Origin: Haliotis cracherodii
Lineage: Eukaryota
Assembly (NCBI RefSeq): GCF_022045235.1
Contig: NW_027266308.1
Span: 68,572,001-68,636,000 of the forward strand
Direction of reading: 5' to 3'
Length of the DNA: 64,000 nucleotides
In this document: positions 49,089 through 60,568 of the stretch, in pieces
Layout: each line of letters begins with the position of its first letter
How positions within the stretch are numbered: position 1 is the first letter of the stretch
The notes under the pieces: generated by a model
Told to the model about the DNA's origin: nothing
The model's input: only the letters and a program-made list of their open reading frames with translations
Databases searched by the model: none
Position numbers and translations under genes: made by a program

Positions 49089-52000
49089 TATTTGTCCTTA
49101 TAAAATATGAAGGGACTCACTGAAGAACTGGACGTGGCTGTGCAATGGCCTTACCATGCTGTACTAATAAACAATATTTAAATGTTTACTTTTAAAAATA
49201 TACTACTCAAAGAAGTAAAAGAAAACCTGATTTCTTCCTGCAACTAGAGTTAATCTGACAAGGCTGTGACAGATTAACTATAGTCATATAAAAAAATTGG
49301 GCGTCTTAACTTCTTTTCAGCAGTATATTACCAAAAGGATGCAAATCATACAAAAACAAAAAACAATCCTCTTGGTCTGATTTTGTAATGCACTGGCTTC
49401 TTCAAGTCTCTCCGTATTCTAAACTCAATGAAGTGAAAGACGTGTTTCCTTGTCTCATCATGTTTTCTGCATCACTGTTAGTCTTAATAAGCATCTACAA
49501 GAACTCAACCAAATACACTTACACTAGAGCTACCTTTCTAGGGCTGCTTGGAAAAAGAGAATTGTGAACGGCTTTTTATCAGGAAACAAGAGGCAAGAAA
49601 ACATTCCTGTGAATTTTATTTGATGTAAAATTGACATTTGCATTGTGCATAGCCAATGTCTTATACAACAGATCATTCAGGACTTTACTGTGCCTTACAT
49701 CACTTGACTGCCCTGTTGTCATAGAAACCAGTATATATTGTTGAAGATGTTGGTCGCCCTGTGATGGGCTGGCAAACTCATCCATGCACATTAGAAACAC
49801 TTTGGTATAAAAGTATTTTATTTCTGCTTTTTACAGTTATCCTAGGTCAAAATCTCAAGATGCAGGAGGGCCCCAAAATAAATAAGCAAAATAGATGGAC
49901 TGCAAATAAAACAAGACAAATACTAATTACAAACATATGAACTCACGATAATATTTTGACAAAGGTCATTATTGTAGTTTCATCAAGAAAGGTTTTGAAT
50001 AAATATCTGAAACAAAATTAGTAACTTAAATGTTTTTAAAAAGCCTCCTACACTTCATTTTGTTTCTTATTTTCTTACTGTCACCTCATTAGGAACACAA
50101 CTTAAAAATATCACAACCTGGGAAACAATTGTAATTTCACACGAAAAAATCCTGGTCAGCTAGTGAGGGGACAAATTTTTTTGGTCTAAATATCTGACCA
50201 TGTAGCCTTGAGTGCAATGTTGGTCCTGCATCTCTCCAGTCTTCAGTGTACTTATTGTTTACTGTACCTATTTTTTGGTGGTGAACACAAGTTAACAATC
50301 GGAAAACAAAAGTATTTTTTCAGATTCTCCTTTACTTTTCAACAAAATTCAACACTTCCTAATTATTATTTTACTATGGTTTCTAATTGACACAAACTAA
50401 GATGGTTGTTTTTGATGCCACACTCAGCAATTTTCCAGCAATATAACGGAGGACATGCCTGTTTGACATTGAGACTAAACTCAGAAGTATACCAGCAATA
50501 TGATGACAGTCATTAAATATTCAGGTCTGGACCAGACAAACCAGTTATTGATATTTGCAACGCCCCTTGCAACCACCCAATCCACATAGTCGCCTTTTAC
50601 AACAAACAGTTTGCTGGGGATGTATTCTAACCAGGAATCCCCATGGACTGATGGACTGATACCCACGGTCTGAAACAAACTGAGATGAATGAAGAGCTTC
50701 CACTGAATAACCACCCCAGCAGGGAGATAGAGGTCTGCCAGAGAACGCAATGGGAAGGCTACATGAAGAATTCTTATATCACCATGAATAGCGTCATCTC
50801 GAAACACATGCAGCTTGATAGTGGAGTACCAAGATAACGCCACAACAAGGTATCGTCTTACACAGCTGCTGACACCACATATGACCAATACTCGCCAATG
50901 ATGACATTCTGTTCTGATAAGCCAGCCAATGATGACATTCTGTTCTGATAAGCCAGCAGAACACAGGAACTCAAGACATAAATTTGGTAGCATTGTGATA
51001 TGCATCGTATCACCACCTCTGTATTTGATACGGATCTTATTACACACCTTCCCTTTGAGAACACACCTAGATATGACCTGTATGTTCATCAGCTGCAGCT
51101 GCAATGTGGTTTTATCACCTGGACAGGGATCATTCAAAAGTTGTTTTCTACACATAAAATCAATAAAACTGTTGAGACTGTCCCCTACAAATACACAATG
51201 CAAAACTATTTACAATTATACACAGATATCACAAAGATTCCATGTGGAACCAATGATCAATAGGTTCCTGGTAGTTCACACGTAGGTTACCGGCGCTGGT
51301 GATGCTGGTTGTGCACAGTTACACGTTGGTTACGGTTGCCATGCTGGTTTTCCTGATACACGTAGGTTACCAACGCCAGTGGTTCCCTTGGTCTTACTGC
51401 ATGGTTTTATATATGCACACTCCATTATGCAAATTACATGGGACCACTCAACAAGTCACCGAAAGTCAAAGTGAGGCTTCAATGTCCTTTTGAAAACTAA
51501 GACTTTCTTATTGGAATACTCTCTGACAATTCCTCTAGTTCGGATTTCTGGTTTTTAATGATGGTATATTAATTGATGGTCTTAGTACAGCTGCTGACAA
51601 TATTTCCTTGGTACACTATCAGGACATTAATATATATATATATATATATCATGTAATGTATCAGTTCCTGGGATTTTTTGACACAGAGATCCATATAAAT
51701 ACACAGGTTTAGTTTATCTTCATCATATTGACATATTTTCCTGTCATTGTAACCAATAATGCACACTAGAAACCATGGTAAACAGGTGTGGGTGTAATAT
51801 CAGCTATAGGCCTGGACCTCTTCATTAAAGAATGAAAGGTCATTCACTGGGAAACTCAAACCATCTTGGTGGGGGCTTAAAATGGAAAATAATTTGAAAA
51901 AGTTGAATTTGAATTTTATGACTAAAACAGGTTGCCTGCTTTCACGGTCTTCCAAACCGGCTGCCTGGGACTAGCTGTTGTTACAGCCTGGCAGAGTGGG

Positions 52001-52842
52001 TCCACGTTCTCTATCTCCAGCCTCACATTGCGGTAAACCAACACTAACCACATGATCTCAAATTACCTCCCCTTGATTTTTATTAGCTAGTTTGACATGC
52101 CACACTACTCAGCCTCAATGGACCAATCAGAATTACAAACCAACCTCAAAGATGATATCAACAACATGGCAGTTAGCCCTATTGATCACGAAAGTGTTTG
52201 CGAGTTCAACATTAAAATACTGACTGACACTCTAAAAAAAGAAGTCAAAAGTATTTTGTGGGGAAAGGATGTTCGCATGTCCATTAAAACTGACGGTGTC
52301 TAGGCAACATGAAATAAATCTTTTATCCATTTCCTTCTTCACTTATCTCGAAATGTGTTTATTTGGTAAAATGTCATTGAACATCAAGGGCGGGTAATTT
52401 GAGATATGGATCCAGGGTGAGTGTAGGTTTTCAAACTGAGAGCAGTTGAGATCTAGAGGATGAATGAAATGTAACAACGGAGCAGCTGGACAGAAGACGA
52501 GGTTATCTGCCCTGTCCTACTCATTTACATAAGATAGATTTCTGAATCCAATCTGATCAGTTTCTGCTGTTTCAGGACGATTAGAAACAATCATGTTGTA
52601 TTGTGTCAGCACACTGCCTAAATTTGACGTTAATCTGAGAAACAACTACAGGTGTTGACAGTGTGTACATATTTCACCTGAAAACAGCATAATCTGTAAG
52701 AAACAGCTGCTGGTATTTATGCATGGTAACCATGGTAACAGAAAGCGAATTGTTTCACCACATCAGACAGAATGATCACACTAACATCGGCATAACATAA
52801 TGTTGAACTGGGTGGCAACAAAGGAGGATTCATGGCATACAC

Positions 52843-52910
52843 TGTGTTGTGTTGTGTTGTGTTGTGTTGTGTTGTGAGGTGTTGTGTTGTGTTGTGTTGT
52901 GTTGTGTTGT
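52843..52910. repeat. (TGTGT/TGTTG)n pentanucleotide microsatellite
   Basis: Direct inspection. Confidence 0.9.
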
Positions 52911-54074
52911 CGTGTCTGTGTTAATGTTGAGGTATGTGGCTATCAGGGCAAAGGTCAAGTCCAGATTTTTTATTAACCCTTCTTTAGTAAAAATCCTGGT
53001 ATGCAGCTGGGAAAGATACAAAACAAATCAGACATTTCAGTTGAGTTTTTTTCCAGTCAAAACCTTACCTGAATATATGTTGTCATGTGTAGGGTGCTAA
53101 AGAATGATCTCACCACTAGGTCTTGCATTCTAACTTATTGTATGCACATTTTTTAGGTGAACACAAGTCAGCATTCTGCAGAATAAAAAAACCTGTTTCG
53201 TTTACTTTACATTTTTTAGCGTAGATGGAATCTGTAAGCCAACTAAAAGCAGCCTCACCTTACTGTAGATTGAGGGGTAATTTAATAGAAGTCTTACAAA
53301 ATGACAAATGCAGGTTGGCCAGAACCACAGCCGTAATTTCAAGACCTACCAATAGCAATATAAACCTACTGGGATACAATTTATTAGGGGATATATGTAG
53401 TGCTCTATTATGTTCTTATACCATGACCAGAATTAATAACAATCATGTATGGTTTTTTTCCATCTTTTGTACTGACAAGATATAAAACTGTCTTAAGTTT
53501 ATATTTTCTGACAACAGCCAAAAAAAATAAAAATGCCTAAAGGCTTTGATTGTTTTTCATTATGAAAACTAATAGCTCAATCCTTGTCCAAACAGTGATT
53601 TGTCTGACTAAAACATGTTATGATAAATCTTCAAGTTTATGATTCACAAAATGACAGTGATAGAAATTAAGGGGGGTTCTGGGGTCCTTGAGTACGCTGC
53701 AACGGTTGTATTTAATCTATATGAATTCCCCCTAATTCTTCAATTTGTAATTAAGGGTGAGAAGGACCCCTTGACCTCCTGCTTGATTTCAAACACTGAA
53801 AGGTATTTCAAAAACGGAAACGTTTCATGTAATAACAACCTTACGCCCAGTAAGATTAGTAACCACTGTAGATCTTTTTGCACAAGTACGTAACCAGAGG
53901 AACAAATATTAGATATCACATCAAAACTACACATAAACACATTTCATGGTGTGGTCAAATCCTCCTTGCAAACCGTCCCATCCAGTTCGCCCATTTTGAT
54001 ACCGTGAACACTGAGGTTATCTAGTATGCCCAAGAACACATCGTTAAGACAGTGTTGGGAGTTTATTATCAGGC

Positions 54075-56294
54075 TCAGTCCCCTTCATCCACATTGTACG
54101 AAGGTAACTGCAGAGTGCAATATCCTACTCCGGTCAAGCTCCTAGGCAGGGCCCCGACTGTCTCCCAAATGCCTGTGTATATGTCATACTTGGACACCAG
54201 CTTCTGTCCCGTCTTGGTTTGAACATTGTAGCCCCCGAGAACATAGATTTGGTCATTGTACACTACACATGAAGCTTCTTTATGTGAAATAGACAGAGGT
54301 GCTATAATTGTCCATTGGTCTATGGCAGGGTCATAGCACTCTGACTGCATCACTGGTTGTGCTTGCTGATTCACATTTAAGTTGCATCCTCCAAACACGA
54401 ATAATTTGTCGTGTGTTGCACACATGACGTGCCAACCACGTGGCGTCAACATCGGCGCCATGTCTTCCCACTGGTTGGTCTGAGGGTCATACCGCTGCAT
54501 ATCGGGTGTAAAATGGTTGCCACTGTAACCACCTGAAATATAAATATGGCCGCTATAGACTGCCCCTGCATGGGCGTGATATGACATCGGCATGGACGAT
54601 ATCAACTCCCATGTGTTCTCCGCAGGATCATAAGCTTCGGCTGTTGCAAGACTGCCATCTTTGAACTTTCCTCCCACAGAATATATTTTATTGTTCAAAG
54701 CTCCAGCAAAGAAGTATGCTCTCTTGTTCAGCATGGGGCACACCTGAAACCAACTGTCAAACCGTGGATCGTATCGTAAAACTGAGTTCACAGCAGATTC
54801 GCCGTGGGCACACTGTGTCGTGCAGCCCCCAAGGACGTACAGGAAGTTGTTGTACACTACCACCTGCATATGACTAAGAGCACTAGGCAGGGTGGCAATT
54901 TCTTGACGGTTTAATAAACTGTTGGAAGTAATTTTGGAATCAAAAACTAAAATCTCATCATGAAGACAAGGATTGGGGTGTATTTCTCTTCCACCTACAC
55001 TGACGAGTCGCTCGACGTACGACCGGAGCTGGACAGTTGAAGCCATGACGAGGGGTTGCGAGTGCGGCACAACATGGTAGTTGAGGGCTCCGAGAACCAT
55101 CTGCCTCAACTCCGGGTTGGTCATCATGGTCTCAACCCGCTGTACATGCTGTACAAGGTCGGCGGGATTGATCAGCGGAAATCGGATCAGCTTCATGAGA
55201 GCTGGAGAGTGGTCTTCCTGTGACTGTGCTGCTGCTGCCGACGCCTGCGACTGTTTCAACCACTCCCAGGTGATGTGGAATATGTCGATCTCACGCTGGC
55301 ACAATTTCTCACTGTTGAGACAGTTCAGCATTTGCTCGTATGTCAGCAGCTGCAGAGTTCCTTCTTTGGCTATCTGCATCAGATTCTTTGCTATGAACAC
55401 ATCAATCTGTTTCAGGGCATTGTTCATGCTGTACAGCTTAGCTGTGTTGATAAAATCATAGAAGTTGGTAGTGGTCATTCCACTCAGGAAGTTGCGTTCA
55501 CAAAACTCAATGACCGGAGTAACCTGCAAATGGGTAGCAGCGGCAATGACGTCAAAGATGTCGTCCCCCTCCAGCGTGGTTGTCGAGGTGTAGATGACTT
55601 CAAGGACTTTCTCCAGACCTTTTGCGGTGATTCCCTTCAGCTCAATCTCCTTCTGTGTGCTCTCTCGCATCCCACTGGTGAACATGGATCGGAAGTAGTC
55701 CGAACACGACACCAGGATGACTCGGTGGACATCGAACTTGCGTCCTGAAACAATAGAGACCAATACTCCTAAAAACTATTCTAATCCATCTACATAAATA
55801 TCTACTTAAATGAATTGATTTTATATATTAGATTAATAATGACAGGGTTATGTATGTTCTTTGGAGCTGAAATTTCAGGGTTTTTATCTCATGCAGCTTG
55901 TAATGAATAGGAATTACCTTTGAAATTGGTCTTGTATACAAAATAATCAATTTTCTTCAGTTAATTCAGTTAAGTTAAAAGACCATTTCTTACATTAGAA
56001 CAGAAAGTATTTGATAAGGAAGAAGAAGATTTCAGTAAGAGATAGAAAAAGAAACACAGATTTCAATCTCTGTCATGTTCACTTACTACAGTTCCCATTA
56101 CCTTCTGCAATGAGAGTAACGTCACACAGTATTTTATCATTCTTCAGCTTGTTGAGGCCTTGTAGTATTTTCATGCCATGTTCTGGCCTTTCCTCAACAC
56201 GGAAAACCTCTCCATTTGTGGTTGTGCTCCCTTCCTGACCCTCGGCCATTGTGGCATGCAGTCGTCTCCTCTTGACCCCCTCAGCCTCATGCAT
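54075..56294 (-). CDS. Kelch-like BTB-BACK-Kelch protein (CUL3 substrate adaptor), resembling the KLHL9/13/26/36 group, ~620 aa
   Basis: Exons 56294-56102 (…LCDVTLIAE) and 55744-54075 (GRKFDVHRVILVSCSDYFRSMFTSGMRES = BTB; IRFPLI in the BACK region; repeated GG…YDP…W kelch blades). In-frame TAA directly upstream of ATG 56294; acceptor before 56304; untranslated first exon probably ends at 59268 or 59283. Confidence 0.92.
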
Positions 56295-56346
56295 TTAACA
56301 TATCCTAGTAAACAGATCAAACCAGTCAGTTACTACAAACATCAAT

Positions 56347-56723
56347 CAGGGCTGGCTATCGATATAGATTCTAGAGATCAATAATCGCCAATAAACATCA
56401 ATCAATTATCAATATATATTGGAGAAGTAACCGTCAGCAAATATGTATGAAAGAAATCAAACCGGTCAATTTCCACATTTATCAACAGGGCTGGCGAATG
56501 ATATAGATTCTAGAGATCAATATTCGCCAATAAATATCAATCAATTATCAATATATATTGGAGAAGTAACTGTCAGCAAATATGTATGAAAGAAATCAAA
56601 TCTGTCAATTTCCACATTTATCAACAGGGCTGGCTAACGATATAGATTCTAGAGATAAAAAATCGCCACTAAATATCCATCAATTATTGATAAATATCGG
56701 AGAAGTAACTTTAAGCAAATATG
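56347..56723. repeat. 139-bp tandem repeat, ~2.7 copies
   Basis: CAGGGCTGGC…GATATAGATTCTAGAGAT recurs at 56347, 56486 and 56625. Confidence 0.9.
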
Positions 56724-57611
56724 CGCTAGAGTCCCGATAAATCAACATATGTCATGTCACAGGTGAGCAGTGACACATTTCTACATCCATTGTTTTGTGG
56801 ACATTTGAGACATAACAAAACCAGTTGTTTTCCATCTTCGACAATTGACATTATTGGCAATAACCAGTCTGTTTGAGTCAATCTAAACATCATGTCATCA
56901 CAATAGTTTATGTAAGTTATTATCAATGATAACAATTTTATGTCAGAACGACATTTCACAAACTTTGACCAACCAATGAAATTACTAACAGGAAGTTGAC
57001 ATTAGCCACTAAGAAAGCAGCTTTCTTAAGCATTGCAACACTAGTTTCAAATCTGCGACTTCCATTCCAGACTATGCTTTAAAAATTAGTCAGTTTTGAA
57101 TCAGTCATACAGTCTGTAACAGTAGTTTTATGTTAAACGTTAGTGGGTGCATGATTAGAAAACATATTCCGCTGACAATGTAACACAACAATATGAATAT
57201 TTCCTTTTCCCACTTGTTCGTTTCATTATCTATTGTGTAGTTTCCAATTTTCTATCACGAACGTTTGTACTACCTAATTTCGTTTATCCGACATACTCGT
57301 TAATCCGACATAATCATATGCAACCAACAATGTCGGATTAACAGGACTTGACTGTATATCATATGAACACTATCATGCTTCAAGTAGTTAAAAAAATTGA
57401 GCTTGCAAGTTTTGAAAGTATGAATCAGTCTGACAGACCAGGTGGACAATGGTTGAAAAGACAAATGCACGTAACCAAATGATGGATCAACTTGATCAAT
57501 AAATTTAACCTATTTCACTGATTGTCTCTAAACCACTGAAGTATTGTTAAAAGTGGCTATGGCAAAAACACAACAATAACATGTACACAGGCACACTGTA
57601 AATGATGATTA

Positions 57612-57745
57612 CGAGTGAGTATTGTTTTACGCCTCTTTCGGCAATATCACGGTGGGGGGACACCTGGAATGGCCTGCACACATTGCACCCATTTGGGGAA
57701 TCGAACCTGGACTTTCGCTTTAACCACCATGATACCCCACTGCCC
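57612..57745 (-). mobile_element. Short tRNA-derived SINE, family B
   Basis: Reverse complement of family B, with B-box GGTTCGATTCCC. Confidence 0.75.
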
Positions 57746-59289
57746 CTTATCATTCTGAAACTTCAACATTAATCAAAATTGTACATGAAATAATATGCCA
57801 ACTATCCATTACCAAAATACCAATGAAGGCTTGGGTTCTCTACATGTTTTAAATTTCTGGTGCCTTCCACCATGATATTGCTTGAATATTGTTAAAAAAG
57901 CCAACAAACCTTACTCACTCACTAGAACTGTAGAAGACATTATACAGGAATCAAAATATTATTTCTTAGCAACAGAGTATTTCTTGGGGGAAAAACACAT
58001 CAAAACTCATTATGGCGTATTATGCACGCCCTTCTCTACACGTGTGTTTTTTTACAAAAAAATTGTGCACTATATTCATCAAAATATGGTTCTCACATGT
58101 TATCATTCACTTTGGGTATTGATAATTTCCTTTGTATAATTGTATAATTTCAATACAGTTTATTCCCTTGAGTCCAGTCTATTGGGTATTATTGAACATG
58201 TTAAAGCTGTGAGAGAACCTTTCAAAAACATAATTCTGCTTTAACCTCTGTTTCAGGTTGATATGCATCTGTCCAATGTCGCAAGATCTCACAACAGCGA
58301 TACATGCCCAAGTTATAATATGCTAGACTTAGCACTTTTTAGCTTTATTCTCTGCAGGCAAGTTCATAATACATGATGCCTGTATTCAATCAGTAAAAAA
58401 GGATCTGTAAAGACAAACAGGCACAAACTGAAAAGGCTACACTGGGTAATTATGCACAGTGCTGTTACACTATGGGGTTTGTTAATTTGTTAAATGCATA
58501 TCTGTATGCAAGCAACTCAAACTCTAGCGGGTTATAGTGATTTATTATGCAGATTTTATGCAAATATGCTGATTATCTGGAACTCTCATCATACGACCAA
58601 AATGGGTTCACATCGGTCTTCTGTATGAATGCTTTTCTGAAGAGTAAGTTTATGACATTGAGTAATTGCTCTGTCCTGCTCTGACTGGGGATATTCAATC
58701 ATTGACAGATCAAACAAAGCAGTAAGTAGAAAGGAATGTGTTGAACTTTTAACTGTGCAAAACAACCAAACAGCCAACACCTTTATCAGATGTGTCAATT
58801 TCAGAAAAAAAGAGAATTTCCCTAACTAATGTCATTGAAGGGGATTTCCCCTTATTTCTAACAAATCTGTGGATATAGTGTCCTCTAAGAGGCAAATGAA
58901 GTTATTGAGCAGGCAGTACATTGCCATTGATCAAACCAAAGATAGTTGAATACTGATCTTAAGGATTACAGTCCCAAAGAAGATTAGCAGGTATATTGTA
59001 CAAAAACCATAGATCCAGAAAGTACCATTTTGTTTCACAGCATTCTCAAAACTTGATGTACGTAAAACCATACACATTTGATTCATATTTAACCTGCAAA
59101 ACATAAGACTATTATATTAAATGCAAGGTAATAAGAATTAGACTACCATATAGTGTGACATCACTTGGGTTAGTAGCCACGCAAATCTGATGAGGTCAGA
59201 GCAAGTTGGGACGGAAGCTACAGACTTGACGACAAAGCAGCAGGTGCCCCTCGATCCTTCGCCTCACCTGTCTATCACTTACCAAACCT

Positions 59290-59520
59290 TTATAGTGTCT
59301 GATTCGATGGTCGCAATGTCAACAAAAACATCTCAATCAGGATCATGCACATTATTTTACGCTGTACATTTCCCTGGCTACAATATTACTTATGAGTTGC
59401 AGGAACGGCTTTTCCTGTAAAAACCGGAAGTAATTTACTGTTAAAATTTGCACATGCGCAAAAGCTGTTACGCGAGTCTTTCCTCTCGTAGTTGATCCGC
59501 GATTTCTCATGACATAGTTG
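59290..59520. promoter_or_regulatory. Putative bidirectional promoter (Kelch gene / BRF1)
   Basis: Lies between minus-strand donors (59267/59282) and a plus-strand donor (59587); ETS site CCGGAAGT 59424-59431; NRF1-like TGCACATGCGCA 59449-59460; CpG-enriched. Confidence 0.7.
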
Positions 59521-59832
59521 TGAAATAGAGGAGATTCATGTAGCAGTTATTTTCCCGCAATATCTAGAAACATTATCAGAGAACAGGTTGGTATATGTTT
59601 ATTTTCATAGAGTATGACTTCAGCTCAATATTCGGATAATTTACCCACATTTCTGTCACGCGTGGTCTGGGCATGATTTCATATTGTTGAATATTTGTGG
59701 TTTTATATGTTTATGTGAGATAAATATGTCTGTTTCATAAATGACACGTGAATGTTAACACCCAGGCAGTCGGCTTTGTGAAAATGTACACAGCAGATTC
59801 AATATGTTTATAATTCACAACACGAGTTTTGT

Positions 59833-59915
59833 GGCGGTTGTGGCTCAGTGGTAAAGTGGCAGCGATTACTGTTGCCTCGTGATACGATATCGCGAGTTCG
59901 AATCTTTGCTGGACG
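59833..59915 (+). other. Degenerate tRNA-like Pol III A/B-box element in the BRF1 5' UTR intron
   Basis: A-box TGGCTCAGTGGTAAAG and B-box GAGTTCGAATC, followed by T-runs; does not fold into a full cloverleaf. Confidence 0.55.
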
Positions 59916-60568
59916 ATTTCGGATTTCTATTGTTTTGTTTTTTAAAGTGAGTCTATTTATTGCCGTATCTACACAAATGAATTTTATATTTTGTAAAAGA
60001 TTCAATATTTTTTTATTATCATTTTTAGATATATATTTATAGATCAAGTAGATCTCACTCCCTACCTTAATCCAAGCAAATAGCACCGCGTATTAGAGCT
60101 GAGTACAGCACTTCCATAAAAACAATAAACAGTTGTTTCCTAAAGGAGTTGGTCATGTTGTTAGAAGTCTTGACCCCAGCAGTGATAACTGGCCAGATGC
60201 CCATTGTGTAATTCCTATTCTTTGAATGACATTGTTATATACTTGTTACAACTGCTGCTCAATACATGCAATAAACAGTGTTTGTGTTTATATTCAGGTT
60301 TGTATTAATGCTATCCAAAGTTTGCAGTGAGGCTGTCTTATTGTTGATAGTCATTTTGGAGACATAAATGCGAAGTTAAATGATGCGAGACCTCTCGCAT
60401 TTTTTGCATTTAATTCACGCTCGTGTTAATTTAAAAAAATTAAAGTATCTGATTATCCTTATCAAAATTAGTAGTGTAGGTGATTATCATGTAGATATGC
60501 ACTATAGTATATATCAAACACTAATGTTGTTTTGTTATACCTACTAATTGACTGTGTTTTCTGCCAGG

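Noticed and set aside
50481-51285. 240-aa and 118-aa ORFs
   Set aside because: Run through a family C relic and a local duplication; no recognisable motifs or splice support.
55081-55748. Plus-strand ORFs of 126 and 157 aa
   Set aside because: Antisense shadows of the Kelch coding exon.
59833-59915. Functional tRNA gene (likewise the SINE heads)
   Set aside because: Acceptor and anticodon stems do not pair; only A/B boxes remain.
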